Assembly: GCA_043750125.1 (NCBI GenBank)
Contig: JAYVCD010000112.1
Coordinates: forward strand, 1 to 47,618
DNA from: Archangiaceae bacterium
Lineage (GTDB): Bacteria; Myxococcota; Myxococcia; Myxococcales; Myxococcaceae
Length of the DNA stretch: 47,618 bases
Direction: 5' to 3'
The translations under genes were made by a program, and so were the position numbers. Position 1 is the first letter of the stretch; the number at the start of each line of letters is the position of its first letter. A model generated the notes under the pieces. The model worked only from the letters and a program-made list of their open reading frames with translations, ran no database searches and was not told the DNA's origin. Shown here piece after piece: positions 1 through 9,788 of this stretch.

Positions 1-2
1 GG

Positions 3-938
3 GTGTGCAAAGAGCCCAGCGGAACCGGCGGTGGCAGTGGAGTCGGCGGTGGCAGTGGAGTCGGTGGCGGCAGTGGAGTCGGTGGTGGCGGCAGTGGAGT
101 CGGTGGTGGCGGCGGCGGTTCGGTCACGGACGGGGGCCTTACTGCCGAACAGAAGATGCTGCTGACTGCGCGCCCGTACACGATGGTCGTGCCGACGGGC
201 TACGACGGAGGAACGGTGCCGATGGTCGTTCTGCTCCACGGCTACGGAGCGACGGGTGCGGGCCAGAATCTCTACTTCGGCTTCACCGCGCTCGCCAACA
301 GCAAGAACTTCCTGCTGGCCACGCCCGATGGGACGTTCGACGGCACGGCTCGGCGCTTCTGGAATGCGACCGACGCGTGCTGCAACTTCGCGCCGCCCAT
401 CGTCGACGACGTGAAGTACCTGACCGCCATCCTCGATGACGCTGCGATCAAATACCGCGTCGATCCGAAGCGGGTGTACTTCGTCGGTCACTCGAACGGC
501 GGCTTCATGTCGCACCGCATGGCGTGCGACAAATCAGAGCGGATTGCTGCGATCGCCAGCCTCGCCGGCGCCAACTGGAAGACGCTGAGCCTGTGCCAAC
601 CGACGAACCCGGTCTCAATCCTCGAGGTTCACGGCACCGCCGACATGACCATTCGCTACGACGGGGGCAACAACGGCAGCTTCGTCTACCCGGGCGCGCT
701 CGAAACCGTCCAGGGCTGGGCCACCAAGAATGGCTGTACCGGAACGCTCACCCCCATCGCCGGCGCGCTCGACATCGACACCAACGTGGCCGGCGCTGAA
801 GCCAAACGCGCGGGCTACACCTGCACCGCGGGAGCATCCGAGCTGTGGACGCTGGAAGGCAGCGGCCACATCCCCGGACTCAACGCCACCTGGGGCAACG
901 AGGTCTGGAAGTTCCTCGCTGCCCACCCCAAGCCGTAG
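3..938 (+). CDS. PHB-depolymerase/LpqC-family alpha/beta-hydrolase esterase, probably 5'-truncated by the window edge; Gly-rich linker precedes the catalytic domain
   Basis: VLLHGYG oxyanion motif, GHSNGG nucleophile elbow, HGTAD (Asp) and GSGH (His), WNATDACC motif; no signal peptide or RBS visible, so the true start is likely upstream. Confidence 0.8.
   Translation: MCKEPSGTGGGSGVGGGSGVGGGSGVGGGGSGVGGGGGGSVTDGGLTAEQKMLLTARPYTMVVPTGYDGGTVPMVVLLHGYGATGAGQNLYFGFTALANSKNFLLATPDGTFDGTARRFWNATDACCNFAPPIVDDVKYLTAILDDAAIKYRVDPKRVYFVGHSNGGFMSHRMACDKSERIAAIASLAGANWKTLSLCQPTNPVSILEVHGTADMTIRYDGGNNGSFVYPGALETVQGWATKNGCTGTLTPIAGALDIDTNVAGAEAKRAGYTCTAGASELWTLEGSGHIPGLNATWGNEVWKFLAAHPKP
27..119 (+). repeat. 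Coding tandem repeat, 18-21 bp unit GG(C/T)GG(T/C)GGCAGTGGAGTC x4, encoding a (GGGSGV)n linker
   Basis: Units read directly at 27, 45, 63 and 81, followed by poly-Gly codons. Confidence 0.9.
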
Positions 939-941
939 GGC

Positions 942-2441
942 TCAGTAGTTCTTCGAGTTGCGAATCGCACCGGTGTAATCGAAGAACACCGTCTTCAGCT
1001 GGGTGAAGAACATCGCGCCCTCTTCGGCCATCTCGCGCTCTCCCACGCCCGTCGATTTCCACCCGCCAAACGGCAGCTGCGCTTCGCCGCCGACGGTGGG
1101 GTTGTTGACATGCACCATTCCCACTTCGGACCGTTCGACGAACTTCATCGCGGTGTTCGCATCGCGCGTGTAGATGCTCGCCGAAAGACCGAACTCCACC
1201 GCGTTTGCCGCGTGCAGCGCTTCGTCGAAGTCACCGACTTCGACAATCGCCACCACCGGCCCGAAGACTTCTTCCTGGTGCAAGCGGTGCCCAATCTTCA
1301 CCCCGGAAAAAACAGTCGGCTCGACGAAGAATCCGTTCGCCAATTCGCCCTGCTTCAGCTGGTTGCCACCGCACAGCAGCTTGGCTCCTTCCGACAACCC
1401 GTACTGGATGTAGTCGAGGTCCGTCTTCAGCTGCGCCGCATCGACGGCCGGGCCCATGTCCACGCCCGCTTCGAGCCCGTTGCCGACTTTGAGCTTTTTC
1501 GCGCCGGCGACGAGCAGCTCAGTCAGCTTCGCGGCAACTCCGCGCTGCACCACCACGCGGGAAGTCGCCGTGCAGCGCTGCCCGGTGGACCCGAAGGCCC
1601 CCTGCAGAATTCCGGTCGAAGCCAGCTCGAGGTCCGCGTCATCGAGGACCACCACCGGGTTCTTCCCCCCCATCTCCGCCGTCACCCGGATGCCGCGTTT
1701 GGCGCAGCGCTGATTGAGCGCGAGGCCGATGCCATTGCTTCCGGTGAAGCTGACCGCTTGAACGTCCTTGTGGTCGACGAGGGTATTGCCCACCGCTCCG
1801 CCCGGGCCGGTGATGAGGTTGAAGACGCCCTTGGGGAACCCGGCGTCGTGCATCACCTGCGCCATCAGCGCCGCCGTGCCCGGAGTATTCGAAGCGGGCT
1901 TGAGCACCACCGTGTTGCCCGTCACCAGCGCGGGCGCCGACTTCCAGGCGGGAATCGCGAATGGAAAATTCCAGGGCGTAATCAGCGCGACCACCCCAAT
2001 CGGCTGACGCAGGGTGAACGTCAGCAGCTGTCGAGTCTCGGACGGCAACGTCTTCCCGTGGGTGCGAAAGCCCTCGCCTGAATAGAACTCGAACAGCGCG
2101 ATGCCCTTGTTCACCTCACCCTTCGATTCGGCGAAGGTCTTGCCTTCTTCGCGGCACAGCATTCGCGCGATCTCGTCGACCCGGGCGCGGAACAGCTCGA
2201 CGGCCTTGGCGAGAATGCGACCGCGGGCGGGGCCCGGCGTCGCAGCCCAGCCCGCGGCGGCCCCCTTTGCTGCGGCGATCGCCTCGAGCGCGTCTTTTTC
2301 TCCCGACACCGGGTACTGCCCGATCACGTCTTCCTGGTTCGCAGGATTGCGGTTGGGAGCCCAGGTTCCGGTCGATGGGGCAAGCCACTCGCCCCCGATG
2401 TAGTTGTTGTGCTTCGTGGAAGCCGATGCGTTCGCGGTCAT
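942..2441 (-). CDS. Aldehyde dehydrogenase (alpha-ketoglutaric semialdehyde dehydrogenase/YcbD-like)
   Basis: ITPWNFP, LKPAS, SFTGS, EMGGKN (catalytic Glu), GQRCTA (catalytic Cys), EEVFGPV, PFGG. Confidence 0.93.
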   Translation of the reverse strand: MTANASASTKHNNYIGGEWLAPSTGTWAPNRNPANQEDVIGQYPVSGEKDALEAIAAAKGAAAGWAATPGPARGRILAKAVELFRARVDEIARMLCREEGKTFAESKGEVNKGIALFEFYSGEGFRTHGKTLPSETRQLLTFTLRQPIGVVALITPWNFPFAIPAWKSAPALVTGNTVVLKPASNTPGTAALMAQVMHDAGFPKGVFNLITGPGGAVGNTLVDHKDVQAVSFTGSNGIGLALNQRCAKRGIRVTAEMGGKNPVVVLDDADLELASTGILQGAFGSTGQRCTATSRVVVQRGVAAKLTELLVAGAKKLKVGNGLEAGVDMGPAVDAAQLKTDLDYIQYGLSEGAKLLCGGNQLKQGELANGFFVEPTVFSGVKIGHRLHQEEVFGPVVAIVEVGDFDEALHAANAVEFGLSASIYTRDANTAMKFVERSEVGMVHVNNPTVGGEAQLPFGGWKSTGVGEREMAEEGAMFFTQLKTVFFDYTGAIRNSKNY

Positions 2442-2509
2442 CCGCGCTTCTTAAGCGACATCCGTCTATTTCGCTGCCCCCCGCCGCGACTGTCGGCTAG
2501 GGAGCACCG

Positions 2510-3622
2510 ATGACCCGGGTCGCGGTGGTGAAGGAAACGGCGCAGGACGAACGGCGGGTCGCTCAGGTCCCTGATTCGGTTCAGAAATTGATCAAGCTCG
2601 GACTCACCGTCGCCATCGAGCGGGGCGCGGGCGAGGCGGCCGGCATCGATGACGCCCAGTTCGTCAAAGCCGGCGCGATCATCGAGCCCACCGCCGAGGC
2701 AACCCTGGCTGGCGCCGCGGTGGTGCTCAAGGTCCAGCGGCCCAGCGAGGAAGAGGTGCGAAAGCTTCCCGCGGGCTGTTTGCTCGTTTCATTCCTCCAG
2801 CCTTCGAGCTCGGCCGCGCTGTTCGCGCAGCTGGCCGCCGCGAAGGTCAACGCGATGGCGATGGAAAAGGTGCCCCGGACCACCCGCGCCCAGTCCGTCG
2901 ACGCCCTCTCGTCGCAGGCGACAGTGGCCGGGTACAAGGCGGTGCTGCTGGGGGCCTCGCACTGCCCGCGGTTGTTCCCGATGCTCACCACCGCTGCGGG
3001 GACACTCACTCCGTCGAAGGTCTTCGTGCTCGGAGCCGGAGTTGCCGGACTGCAAGCGATTGCCACTGCCAAACGGTTGGGCGCTGTGGTGTCGGCCTTC
3101 GACGTTCGTCCGGCGGTCAAAGAGCAGGTGATGAGCCTCGGCGCGAAGTTCGTCGAGGTCGAAGGAGTCGGAAAGGAAGCAGAGACCACCGGCGGCTACG
3201 CGACCCAGCTCGCCGAAGATCAACAGCGGCGGGTGCTCGAGGCCGTCGGGAAGCAGCTGCCCGAGATGGACGTGGTGGTCACGACCGCGCAGATTCCGGG
3301 CAAGGCGGCTCCCCGGCTGATCACCGCGAAGATGACGGCGCTGATGAAACGGGGTTCGGTGATCGTCGACCTCGCCGCCGAATCGGGCGGCAACTGCGAG
3401 CTGACCCGGGCGGGACAAACCGTCGTCACCGAGCAGGGGGTCACGATTCTGGGGCCCACCAACCTCGCCGCATCGGTGCCGCTGCACGCCAGCATGATGT
3501 ACGCGCGCAACTTGCTGACGCTGATGGGGCTGCTGGTGAAAGACGGCGCACTCAAGCTCGACCTCGCCGACGACATCGTCGCGGCGATGCTGGTGACCTT
3601 CGACGGAGCCGTTCGATCATGA
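2510..3622 (+). CDS. pntA: NAD(P) transhydrogenase subunit alpha part 1 (dI, PntAA)
   Basis: KETAQDERRVA, DALSSQATVAGY, FPMLTTAAG, GAGVAGLQA, GGYA, DLAAESGGNCE; GGAG RBS. Confidence 0.96.
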   Translation: MTRVAVVKETAQDERRVAQVPDSVQKLIKLGLTVAIERGAGEAAGIDDAQFVKAGAIIEPTAEATLAGAAVVLKVQRPSEEEVRKLPAGCLLVSFLQPSSSAALFAQLAAAKVNAMAMEKVPRTTRAQSVDALSSQATVAGYKAVLLGASHCPRLFPMLTTAAGTLTPSKVFVLGAGVAGLQAIATAKRLGAVVSAFDVRPAVKEQVMSLGAKFVEVEGVGKEAETTGGYATQLAEDQQRRVLEAVGKQLPEMDVVVTTAQIPGKAAPRLITAKMTALMKRGSVIVDLAAESGGNCELTRAGQTVVTEQGVTILGPTNLAASVPLHASMMYARNLLTLMGLLVKDGALKLDLADDIVAAMLVTFDGAVRS

Positions 3623-3930
3623 CCCACACCGCAATCGCCGAGCTGTACGTCTTCATTCTCGCGGGCTTCGTCGGCTTTCAGGTCATCACCCGCGTGCCTC
3701 CATTGCTGCACACCCCGCTGATGTCGGCGACCAACGCGATTTCCGGCATCTCGCTGGTCGGTTCGCTGGTGGTCGCAGGCAGCAATCGCAACGAGCTCGC
3801 CACCGTGCTGGGCGTCATCGCCGTCACCTGCGCCACCATCAACTGCGTCGGCGGCTTCATCATCACCGACCGGATGCTGAAGATGTTCAAGGGCCCGAAG
3901 GCTCACCTGGCCGCGGGAGAAAAGAAGTGA
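3619..3930 (+). CDS. pntA: NAD(P) transhydrogenase subunit alpha part 2 (membrane, PntAB)
   Basis: VPPLLHTPLMSATNAISG and GGFIITDRMLKMF; ATGA overlap with the upstream gene. Confidence 0.96.
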   Translation: MTHTAIAELYVFILAGFVGFQVITRVPPLLHTPLMSATNAISGISLVGSLVVAGSNRNELATVLGVIAVTCATINCVGGFIITDRMLKMFKGPKAHLAAGEKK

Positions 3931-5318
3931 CCCCCCAGCAAGTCATCACCGATGTCGCGTACCTGATTGCGTCGGTGCTCTTCATTCTCGGGCTGCGCAG
4001 CCTCACCAAGCCCGAGACCGCCCGGCGCGGAATGCAACTGGCGGCGATCGGGATGGTGGCCGCCGTCGCGGGCACCTTGATGCACCACGAAATCGTCAAC
4101 TACGGCTGGGTGCTGGTCGGCCTGACCCTGGGGACGATCATCGGGTGGCCGCTGGGGACGAAGGTCGCGATGACCGCGATGCCTCAGCGAATCGCGATTT
4201 CCCACATGTTCGGGGCGCTCGCCGCGACGCTGGTCGGAATCGCCGAGTACTACTCGCACCTGCGCGAGGGCCTGGAAATGCCGCGCGCGATGATGGGTGC
4301 GCTCGGCTTCGAAGTCCTCTTCGGAGCGCTCACCGTCGCGGGCAGCTTCATCGCGTTCGGAAAATTGCAGGAGCTGATCTCGGGCAAACCAATCACCTTC
4401 CGGGGGCAGAACTACCTCAACCTGACCCTGTTTGCCGGCGCGCTGTGCCTGTTCGGGTTCCTGATCTACGACCCGACCCAGCAGTGGGCGTTCTTCACGC
4501 TGGTCGGTTTGTCGTTCGTGATCGGGCTTTCGATGGTGCTGCCGATTGGCGGCGCCGACATGCCGGTCGTCGTCTCGTTGCTCAACAGCTACGCAGGCCT
4601 CGCAGCTTCGGCGACCGGGTTTGCGATCGGCAACAACGTGCTGATCATCTGCGGCGCGCTCGACGGCGCGTCGGGCTTCTTGCTCTCGGTGCTGATGAGC
4701 AAGGCGATGAACCGATCATTCGGGAACGTGCTGTTCGGCGCCTTTGGGGCCGCTCCGGTGGGGGGGGCGGCGGCCCTCGCGTCGGGCGAGATGAAATCGA
4801 TTTCCCCGGAAGACGCGGCGGCGACGCTGGCGTTTGCGCGCTCGGTGGTCGTGGTTCCGGGCTACGGGCTCGCGGTGGCTCAAGCGCAGCAGCTGGTGCG
4901 CGAGATGGCCGAGCAGGTTGAAAAGCGCGGCGGTGACGTGAAGTACGCGATTCACCCCGTCGCGGGTCGAATGCCGGGACACATGAACGTGCTGCTGGCC
5001 GAAGCCAACGTGCCGTACGAGAAGATGGTCGAGATGGAAGAGATCAACCCTCAGTTCGCGACGGTCGACGTGGCGATCGTGATCGGCGCGAACGACGTGG
5101 TCAACCCCGCCGCCAAGCGCGATCCGAGCAGCCCCATCTTCGGAATGCCAATCTTGAACGTGGATCTGGCGCGGCAAATCTTCGTGCTCAAGCGCGGGAA
5201 AGGCACCGGGTTCGCCGGAATCGAGAACGCGCTGTTCTTCGACGAGAAGACTTCGCTCATCTTTGGGGACGCCAAGGCCACGCTGCAAAAACTCGTCACC
5301 GAGATGAAGGCGCTCTAA
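3927..5318 (+). CDS. pntB: NAD(P) transhydrogenase subunit beta
   Basis: MTAMPQ, IGGADMPVVVSLLNSY, AMNRS, PGYG, IHPVAGRMPGHMNVLLAEA, GANDVVNPAA. Confidence 0.97.
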   Translation: MTPQQVITDVAYLIASVLFILGLRSLTKPETARRGMQLAAIGMVAAVAGTLMHHEIVNYGWVLVGLTLGTIIGWPLGTKVAMTAMPQRIAISHMFGALAATLVGIAEYYSHLREGLEMPRAMMGALGFEVLFGALTVAGSFIAFGKLQELISGKPITFRGQNYLNLTLFAGALCLFGFLIYDPTQQWAFFTLVGLSFVIGLSMVLPIGGADMPVVVSLLNSYAGLAASATGFAIGNNVLIICGALDGASGFLLSVLMSKAMNRSFGNVLFGAFGAAPVGGAAALASGEMKSISPEDAAATLAFARSVVVVPGYGLAVAQAQQLVREMAEQVEKRGGDVKYAIHPVAGRMPGHMNVLLAEANVPYEKMVEMEEINPQFATVDVAIVIGANDVVNPAAKRDPSSPIFGMPILNVDLARQIFVLKRGKGTGFAGIENALFFDEKTSLIFGDAKATLQKLVTEMKAL

Positions 5319-5320
5319 CT

Positions 5321-5698
5321 CTACCGGCAGCTGCTGATTCGGACCTTGCTGACGCCTTCGTCGATCAAACCCAACCGCCGCGCCGCCTCTTCCGAGAGGT
5401 CGATCAGTCTGTTCTGAACGAACGGACCGCGGTCGTTGATTCGCACTTCGACCGTGCGCGCGTTGCTCAGCAGCTCGACCTTCACGCAGGTGCCAAATCT
5501 CAGGGTTCGATGGGCGCCGGTCAAAGCGTTGGGATTGAAGAGCTCACCGCTGGCCGTCTTCTTTCCGGCGAACTGCTTCCCGTACCAGGACGCCAGCCCC
5601 TCACCCGAAATGTCTCCACCCGCAGACGAGCTCACCCGCGGCGCGGTGGCGCACCCCGAGAGAAAGACGACCGCCCACAGGCATCCTCGAACCTTCAT
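5321..5698 (-). CDS. rlpA: RlpA-family lytic transglycosylase lipoprotein (DPBB domain only, no SPOR)
   Basis: Lipobox LSGC; GLASWYG, TASGE, AHRTL, VRINDRGPF, IDLS. Confidence 0.92.
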   Translation of the reverse strand: MKVRGCLWAVVFLSGCATAPRVSSSAGGDISGEGLASWYGKQFAGKKTASGELFNPNALTGAHRTLRFGTCVKVELLSNARTVEVRINDRGPFVQNRLIDLSEEAARRLGLIDEGVSKVRISSCR

Positions 5699-5754
5699 GA
5701 ACCGAAGACCTAGCCCACGACGCCGGTTCTGCGTCGCCTGATTCCTTCGCCAAA

Positions 5755-5771
5755 ATGCTGCAACGCAACAT
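5755..5771. promoter_or_regulatory. Putative PhaR-binding box between the phaR stop and the rlpA start
   Basis: Near-palindrome ATGCTGC-AAC-GCAACAT; the minus strand reads TGCGTTGCAGCA, the same TGC-N3-GCA core as the sites at 6294-6419. Confidence 0.55.
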
Positions 5772-5778
5772 AGCCGCT

Positions 5779-6270
5779 CTACTTGCGTCGTTTTCGCAAC
5801 GACCGCTTCAGGGCATCGAGCTCGCGCTTCAAGCTCTGTACGTCGGTGACCGGTTCGGGAATGGGCGAGGGGGGCGCAGCCGACCCGCCAAACCCACGGA
5901 AGAAGCTTCCGCCTGCGAAAGGGTTGAAGGCGGAAAAAGGGTTCATCGGCGAGAACGCCTGGGCGCTCTGCTTCGCCTGCAGGTACATCTGGAGCGCCGC
6001 GGTCACATAGCGGCCCAGGAACTCGGCCAGAGCGTCATCCTCGAGGCGAATCAGCTGGTGGAGCAGGGCGCTAGGCAACAGCTGCCCGACTCTTCGGCTC
6101 TCGATGATCACCTGGGTCAGCGTGGCCTGGGTCAGATCCTGGCCGGTCTTCGCATCCATCACCGTCACATCGGTTCCGCCCTGAATGTGACCCGTCAACT
6201 CGCTGAGGGTGATGTAGCGGCTCGCCTCGGTGTCGTAGAGCCGCCGGTTTCCATATTTCTTGACGATCAT
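5779..6270 (-). CDS. phaR: Polyhydroxyalkanoate synthesis regulator PhaR (163 aa)
   Basis: N-terminal IVKKYGNRRLYDTEASRYITL and DAKTGQDLT..TLTQVIIE; start placed at the ATG at 6270. Confidence 0.92.
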   Translation of the reverse strand: MIVKKYGNRRLYDTEASRYITLSELTGHIQGGTDVTVMDAKTGQDLTQATLTQVIIESRRVGQLLPSALLHQLIRLEDDALAEFLGRYVTAALQMYLQAKQSAQAFSPMNPFSAFNPFAGGSFFRGFGGSAAPPSPIPEPVTDVQSLKRELDALKRSLRKRRK

Positions 6271-6293
6271 TGAGCGGACCCTGCCAGAGCATT

Positions 6294-6419
6294 TGTTGCG
6301 TCGCAACACACCAGCTTGACAGGTTCCCGAGCCGTGGGGCATTCAGGAAGCCCCGATGTTGCATTCGCACAATGAAGTCCCAGTTAAACCCTTTCGAGCT
6401 CATGGTGCGGCGCAGCAAT
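6294..6419. promoter_or_regulatory. Three putative PhaR boxes in the divergent phaR / pha operon intergenic region
   Basis: TGTTGCG-T-CGCAACA perfect palindrome (6294-6308), ATGTTGC-ATTC-GCACAAT (6356-6373), ATGGTGC-GGC-GCAGCAAT (6402-6419); TTGACA at 6316-6321 between the first two, without a clear -10. Confidence 0.7.
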
Positions 6420-6554
6420 TTTCGCCAGTCTGGCTCTCGCTGCCGCTGATCCGAGCGCTCAGAGGAGGCCGCACCCGGGGACCTTGAGCCGCCAGGGGAC
6501 TTCTCCACCACCGCCGAGCTACGACGTCTTGGCCTTTGAGCAAAGGAGCACGCG

Positions 6555-6848
6555 ATGATTTGGGACGCCTGGAAGAAAGGGTTTGATGTCTGGGAACAGA
6601 AGACCGCCGAGATGTTCGAGACCGTGCTCAAGAACCCGAAGGTCCTCGAGCCGGCCGGCGCGATGTTGACCGCCTCGATGAAGCTCAAGGCCGCGTCCGA
6701 CAAGGCGATGGCATTGTGGTGGGGCGGGTGGGGGCTGCCGACTCGCGCAGATCAAGAACGGACCCTGCATGCGCTCAATCACCTCACCAGCCGGCTGCTC
6801 GATCTCGAAGAACGGCTCAACGAAACTCAAACCCACAAGCGGCCCTGA
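6555..6848 (+). CDS. Small (97 aa) PhaE-like PHA synthase accessory subunit
   Basis: AAAGGAG RBS; C-terminal [29 protein letters not shown] resembles the PhaE LPTR + coiled-coil tail; first gene of the phaC operon. Confidence 0.65.
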   Translation: MIWDAWKKGFDVWEQKTAEMFETVLKNPKVLEPAGAMLTASMKLKAASDKAMALWWGGWGLPTRADQERTLHALNHLTSRLLDLEERLNETQTHKRP

Positions 6849-6853
6849 CCGCG

Positions 6854-8590
6854 ATGGACATTACCCCCTACCTCGAGCTCAAGCCGGCCCCGCATGCCGT
6901 CTTCGACGCGCTGCCCGCCCGCAGCAGCCGGGTGCGCTTCATGCTGCCCACCCCCGAAGGCGACTGGCGGGCGGTGACCTGGGGTGCCTTCGCAAAGTTG
7001 ATTCGACAGACCGCGATGTTCCTGCCCTCGGTCGGATTTCAACCCGGGGACCGGGCGGCGATCTACGCGTCGAACTGCGTCGAGTGGATGGCCGCTGCAC
7101 TGGCCATTCAAGCCGCCGGTGGAGTGATGGTCCCCATCTACCCCGCGAGCACCGCCCCGCAGGCGGCCTACGTCATTGGCCACAGCGACGCGAAGGTGGT
7201 GTTCGTCGATTCCCCCGCGCTGCTCACCCGCCTCTTCGAATCGTGGAACGACTGCGCCCACGTCGCCCGCATCGTGACCCTCGGCGCGCTGCCGATGGAA
7301 CCGGGCCCTTTGCTCGAGGCGCTGCGGGCCGAAGGCAAGAGTCCTCCGCCGATCAGCGAAGTCGAACGAAAGTTCGTCTCGTGGAACCGCGCCCAGTCGA
7401 CCGGGGCCACCCGCGACGCAGAATCGGCAACCGAGTTCGACCAGATGCTCCGGGCCGTCTCGTTGGATCAGCCTGGAATGATGCTCTACACCTCGGGCAC
7501 TTCGGGAAATCCGAAGGGAGTGCCGCTCACCCATCGCAACGTGTCGATCAACGGGCTCGACTGGATCAAGAGCAACGCGCCTTTGCTCGAGGAAGGCGAT
7601 GTCGATCTGCTCTGGCTGCCGATGAGCCACATCTTCGGCTTCGGGGAAGCGTGCCTGGGCAACACCCTCGGCTTCACGTCCTACTTCGCCGACCCGGCTT
7701 CCGCGCTCGCAAAGCTGCCCGAGGTCCGTCCCTCGGTCTTCATGAGTGTGCCCGCCCTGTGGGAAAAACTCGCGGCCACAGTCCGCGCCGAGCCGTCGCC
7801 CGAAAAAAAACGTGCGGCGTTGATCGCGGCCACCGGGGGCAACTTGCGCTTCTGTCTGTCCGGAGGCGCGGGGCTCAAGCGCGAAGTCAAAGAGCTGTTC
7901 CATTCGTGCGGGCTGCTGATCATCGAAGGCTACGGCCTCACCGAGTGCAGCCCGACCCTGACCCTCAATCGCCCCGACTCGTTTCGCTTCGACGCAGTCG
8001 GGAAGCCTTTCCCCTCGGTGCAGCTGAAGCTCGCCGAAGACGGAGAAATTCTCGCCCGCGGGCCGACGGTGTTTTCCGGCTACCACAAGGACCCCGGTGC
8101 CACCCGCGACGCCTTCACCGATGACGGCTGGTTCAAGACCGGCGATGTCGGCCGCTTCACCGACGACGGCTTTCTCCAGATTGTCGATCGGAAGAAAGAC
8201 ATTCTCGTGACTTCGGGCGGGAAGAATGTGCCGCCGGCCAACATCGAGCTGCGTTTTCGCGATGACCCTTTCATCGCGCACGTCGTCGTCTTCGGCGAGG
8301 GTCAACGCTTCCTCGTCGCCGGGGTGTGGCTCAACAGCGCGGCGGTCGACGCCCAGCTCGACAGCCTGGGGGTGGCTCCCACCGCGCGCGCCGCCGCTGC
8401 CCGGGTGCTGGTGCAAAAGCGGGTCGACGAAGTGAACGGCCAGCTCGCCAGCTACGAGACGATCAAGAAGTTTGCGATCCTCGACGCCCCGCTGACCGTC
8501 GAAGGCGGCCTTCTCACCGCCACTTTGAAAGTCCGCCGCAAGCAGGTCTACCAGTGCTTCGCAAAACAGCTCGAGGCGCTCTACACATGA
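6854..8590 (+). CDS. Long-chain fatty-acid--CoA ligase (AMP-dependent synthetase, 578 aa)
   Basis: [56 protein letters not shown]; start at ATG 6854. Confidence 0.92.
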   Translation: MDITPYLELKPAPHAVFDALPARSSRVRFMLPTPEGDWRAVTWGAFAKLIRQTAMFLPSVGFQPGDRAAIYASNCVEWMAAALAIQAAGGVMVPIYPASTAPQAAYVIGHSDAKVVFVDSPALLTRLFESWNDCAHVARIVTLGALPMEPGPLLEALRAEGKSPPPISEVERKFVSWNRAQSTGATRDAESATEFDQMLRAVSLDQPGMMLYTSGTSGNPKGVPLTHRNVSINGLDWIKSNAPLLEEGDVDLLWLPMSHIFGFGEACLGNTLGFTSYFADPASALAKLPEVRPSVFMSVPALWEKLAATVRAEPSPEKKRAALIAATGGNLRFCLSGGAGLKREVKELFHSCGLLIIEGYGLTECSPTLTLNRPDSFRFDAVGKPFPSVQLKLAEDGEILARGPTVFSGYHKDPGATRDAFTDDGWFKTGDVGRFTDDGFLQIVDRKKDILVTSGGKNVPPANIELRFRDDPFIAHVVVFGEGQRFLVAGVWLNSAAVDAQLDSLGVAPTARAAAARVLVQKRVDEVNGQLASYETIKKFAILDAPLTVEGGLLTATLKVRRKQVYQCFAKQLEALYT

Positions 8591-9621
8591 GCCGGCTGAA
8601 GAGCCTGCTCGGGCTGATCACCCGTCCGAAGCCGAAGGTGGGGTTGACCCCCGCCGACGTGGTCTTCCGCGAGAACAAGTGGAGCCTGTTGCATTACCGG
8701 CCGCGTCCTTCGGGGCTGGCCTTCACCACCGCGGTCTTGCTGGTGCCCAGCTTGATCAACCGCCACTACGTGCTCGACCTGATGCCGGGCAAGAGCCTGG
8801 TCGAGTACCTCGTCGCCCAGGGGCACGACGTCTTCTGTCTCGACTGGGGAATTCCCGGGCCCGAAGACCGCTACCTTTCGTTCGAGGCGATCACCGACGG
8901 CTACCTGGGGCGGGCGCTGCGAAAGACGGCGGCGCTGTCTGCGGCCTCGCGGGTTCACGTGCTGGGTTACTGCATGGGCGGCACGCTGGCGGCCATTCAC
9001 GCTGCGCGACATCCCGAACGGTTCGCCTCGTTCGCAGCGCTGGCTGCGCCGGTGCACTTCGCCGAAGCAGGAATGCTCTCGGGGTGGTCGCGGTCGAACG
9101 CGTTGGATCTCGACGCGATGCTCGCCGCCTGCGGCAACGTCCCCTGGCAGCTGATCCAATCGGCGTTTGGGTTGCTGCGGCCGACGATGCCCTTGTCCAA
9201 GGCGGTGATGGTCATCGACCGCGCTGAGAGCCGGGAATTTCTCGATGCGTTCGTAGCGCTCGAGACGTGGGGCAGCGACAACGTCCCCATCCCCGGACAG
9301 TTCTACCGGCGCTACCTTCAGGACCTCTACCGCGACGACGCGCTGATCAACGGGACCTTCAGCCTGGGTGGGCAGCGGGTGAACCTCTCGAGCATTTGCT
9401 GCCCGACGCTGGTGGTGACTTTCGAGAGCGACAACATCGTGCCCACCGCCTGCGCCACCCCGCTGCTCTCGCTGATTTCGTCGCGCGACAAACAGCATCT
9501 GCATCTTCCCGGCGGGCACGTCGGAGCCGTCGTTTCGATGCACGCCGCGAAGGGTTTGTGGCCCCAGCTTTCGACGTTCTGGGCGCTCCACGATGCGCCC
9601 GCCCTGCGTGCCGCCCGCTGA
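8587..9621 (+). CDS. phaC: Class III-type poly(R)-hydroxyalkanoate synthase catalytic subunit (344 aa)
   Basis: [36 protein letters not shown] (catalytic Cys), SDNIVP (Asp), GGHVG (His); ATGA overlap with the ligase. Confidence 0.88.
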   Translation: MSRLKSLLGLITRPKPKVGLTPADVVFRENKWSLLHYRPRPSGLAFTTAVLLVPSLINRHYVLDLMPGKSLVEYLVAQGHDVFCLDWGIPGPEDRYLSFEAITDGYLGRALRKTAALSAASRVHVLGYCMGGTLAAIHAARHPERFASFAALAAPVHFAEAGMLSGWSRSNALDLDAMLAACGNVPWQLIQSAFGLLRPTMPLSKAVMVIDRAESREFLDAFVALETWGSDNVPIPGQFYRRYLQDLYRDDALINGTFSLGGQRVNLSSICCPTLVVTFESDNIVPTACATPLLSLISSRDKQHLHLPGGHVGAVVSMHAAKGLWPQLSTFWALHDAPALRAAR

Positions 9622-9738
9622 TCCACTCAGGGGCGCCCACATCGCACCGTTTGTTGCCCTGAAATAGTTGCGAGGTGAACAGGGTCCGCAACCCCTGCCC
9701 ACCACCGTCCAAACGCTTGAAAAGACTCCCCGAAGGAA

Positions 9739-9754
9739 GGGCGCACGCATTGCA
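9739..9754 (+). promoter_or_regulatory. Putative sigma54 (-24/-12) promoter of the pilY1-pilVWX operon
   Basis: GGGCGCACGCATTGCA = GG-N10-GC with TTGCA, 35 nt before the ATG; upstream inverted repeat GTTGCG-N14-CGCAAC (9667-9692). Confidence 0.6.
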
Positions 9755-9788
9755 CACTCCACTCGCAATGAGCTTTTCCGGGAGAACG

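Noticed and set aside
4760-4767. G8 run inside pntB
   Set aside because: In frame in a Gly linker of an intact housekeeping gene; no sign of slippage.
6372-6449. 25-codon ORF MKSQLNPFELMVRRSNFRQSGSRCR upstream of the pha operon
   Set aside because: No clear RBS or motif, and it overlaps the PhaR boxes, which explain the sequence better.
9675-9788. N-terminal extensions given by the ORF track (here and for phaR, ligase, phaC, pilW, ECF sigma, mpg, cglB, cglE, gltB)
   Set aside because: They overlap neighbouring genes or promoters; downstream starts with RBS, signal peptides or ATGA coupling fit better.
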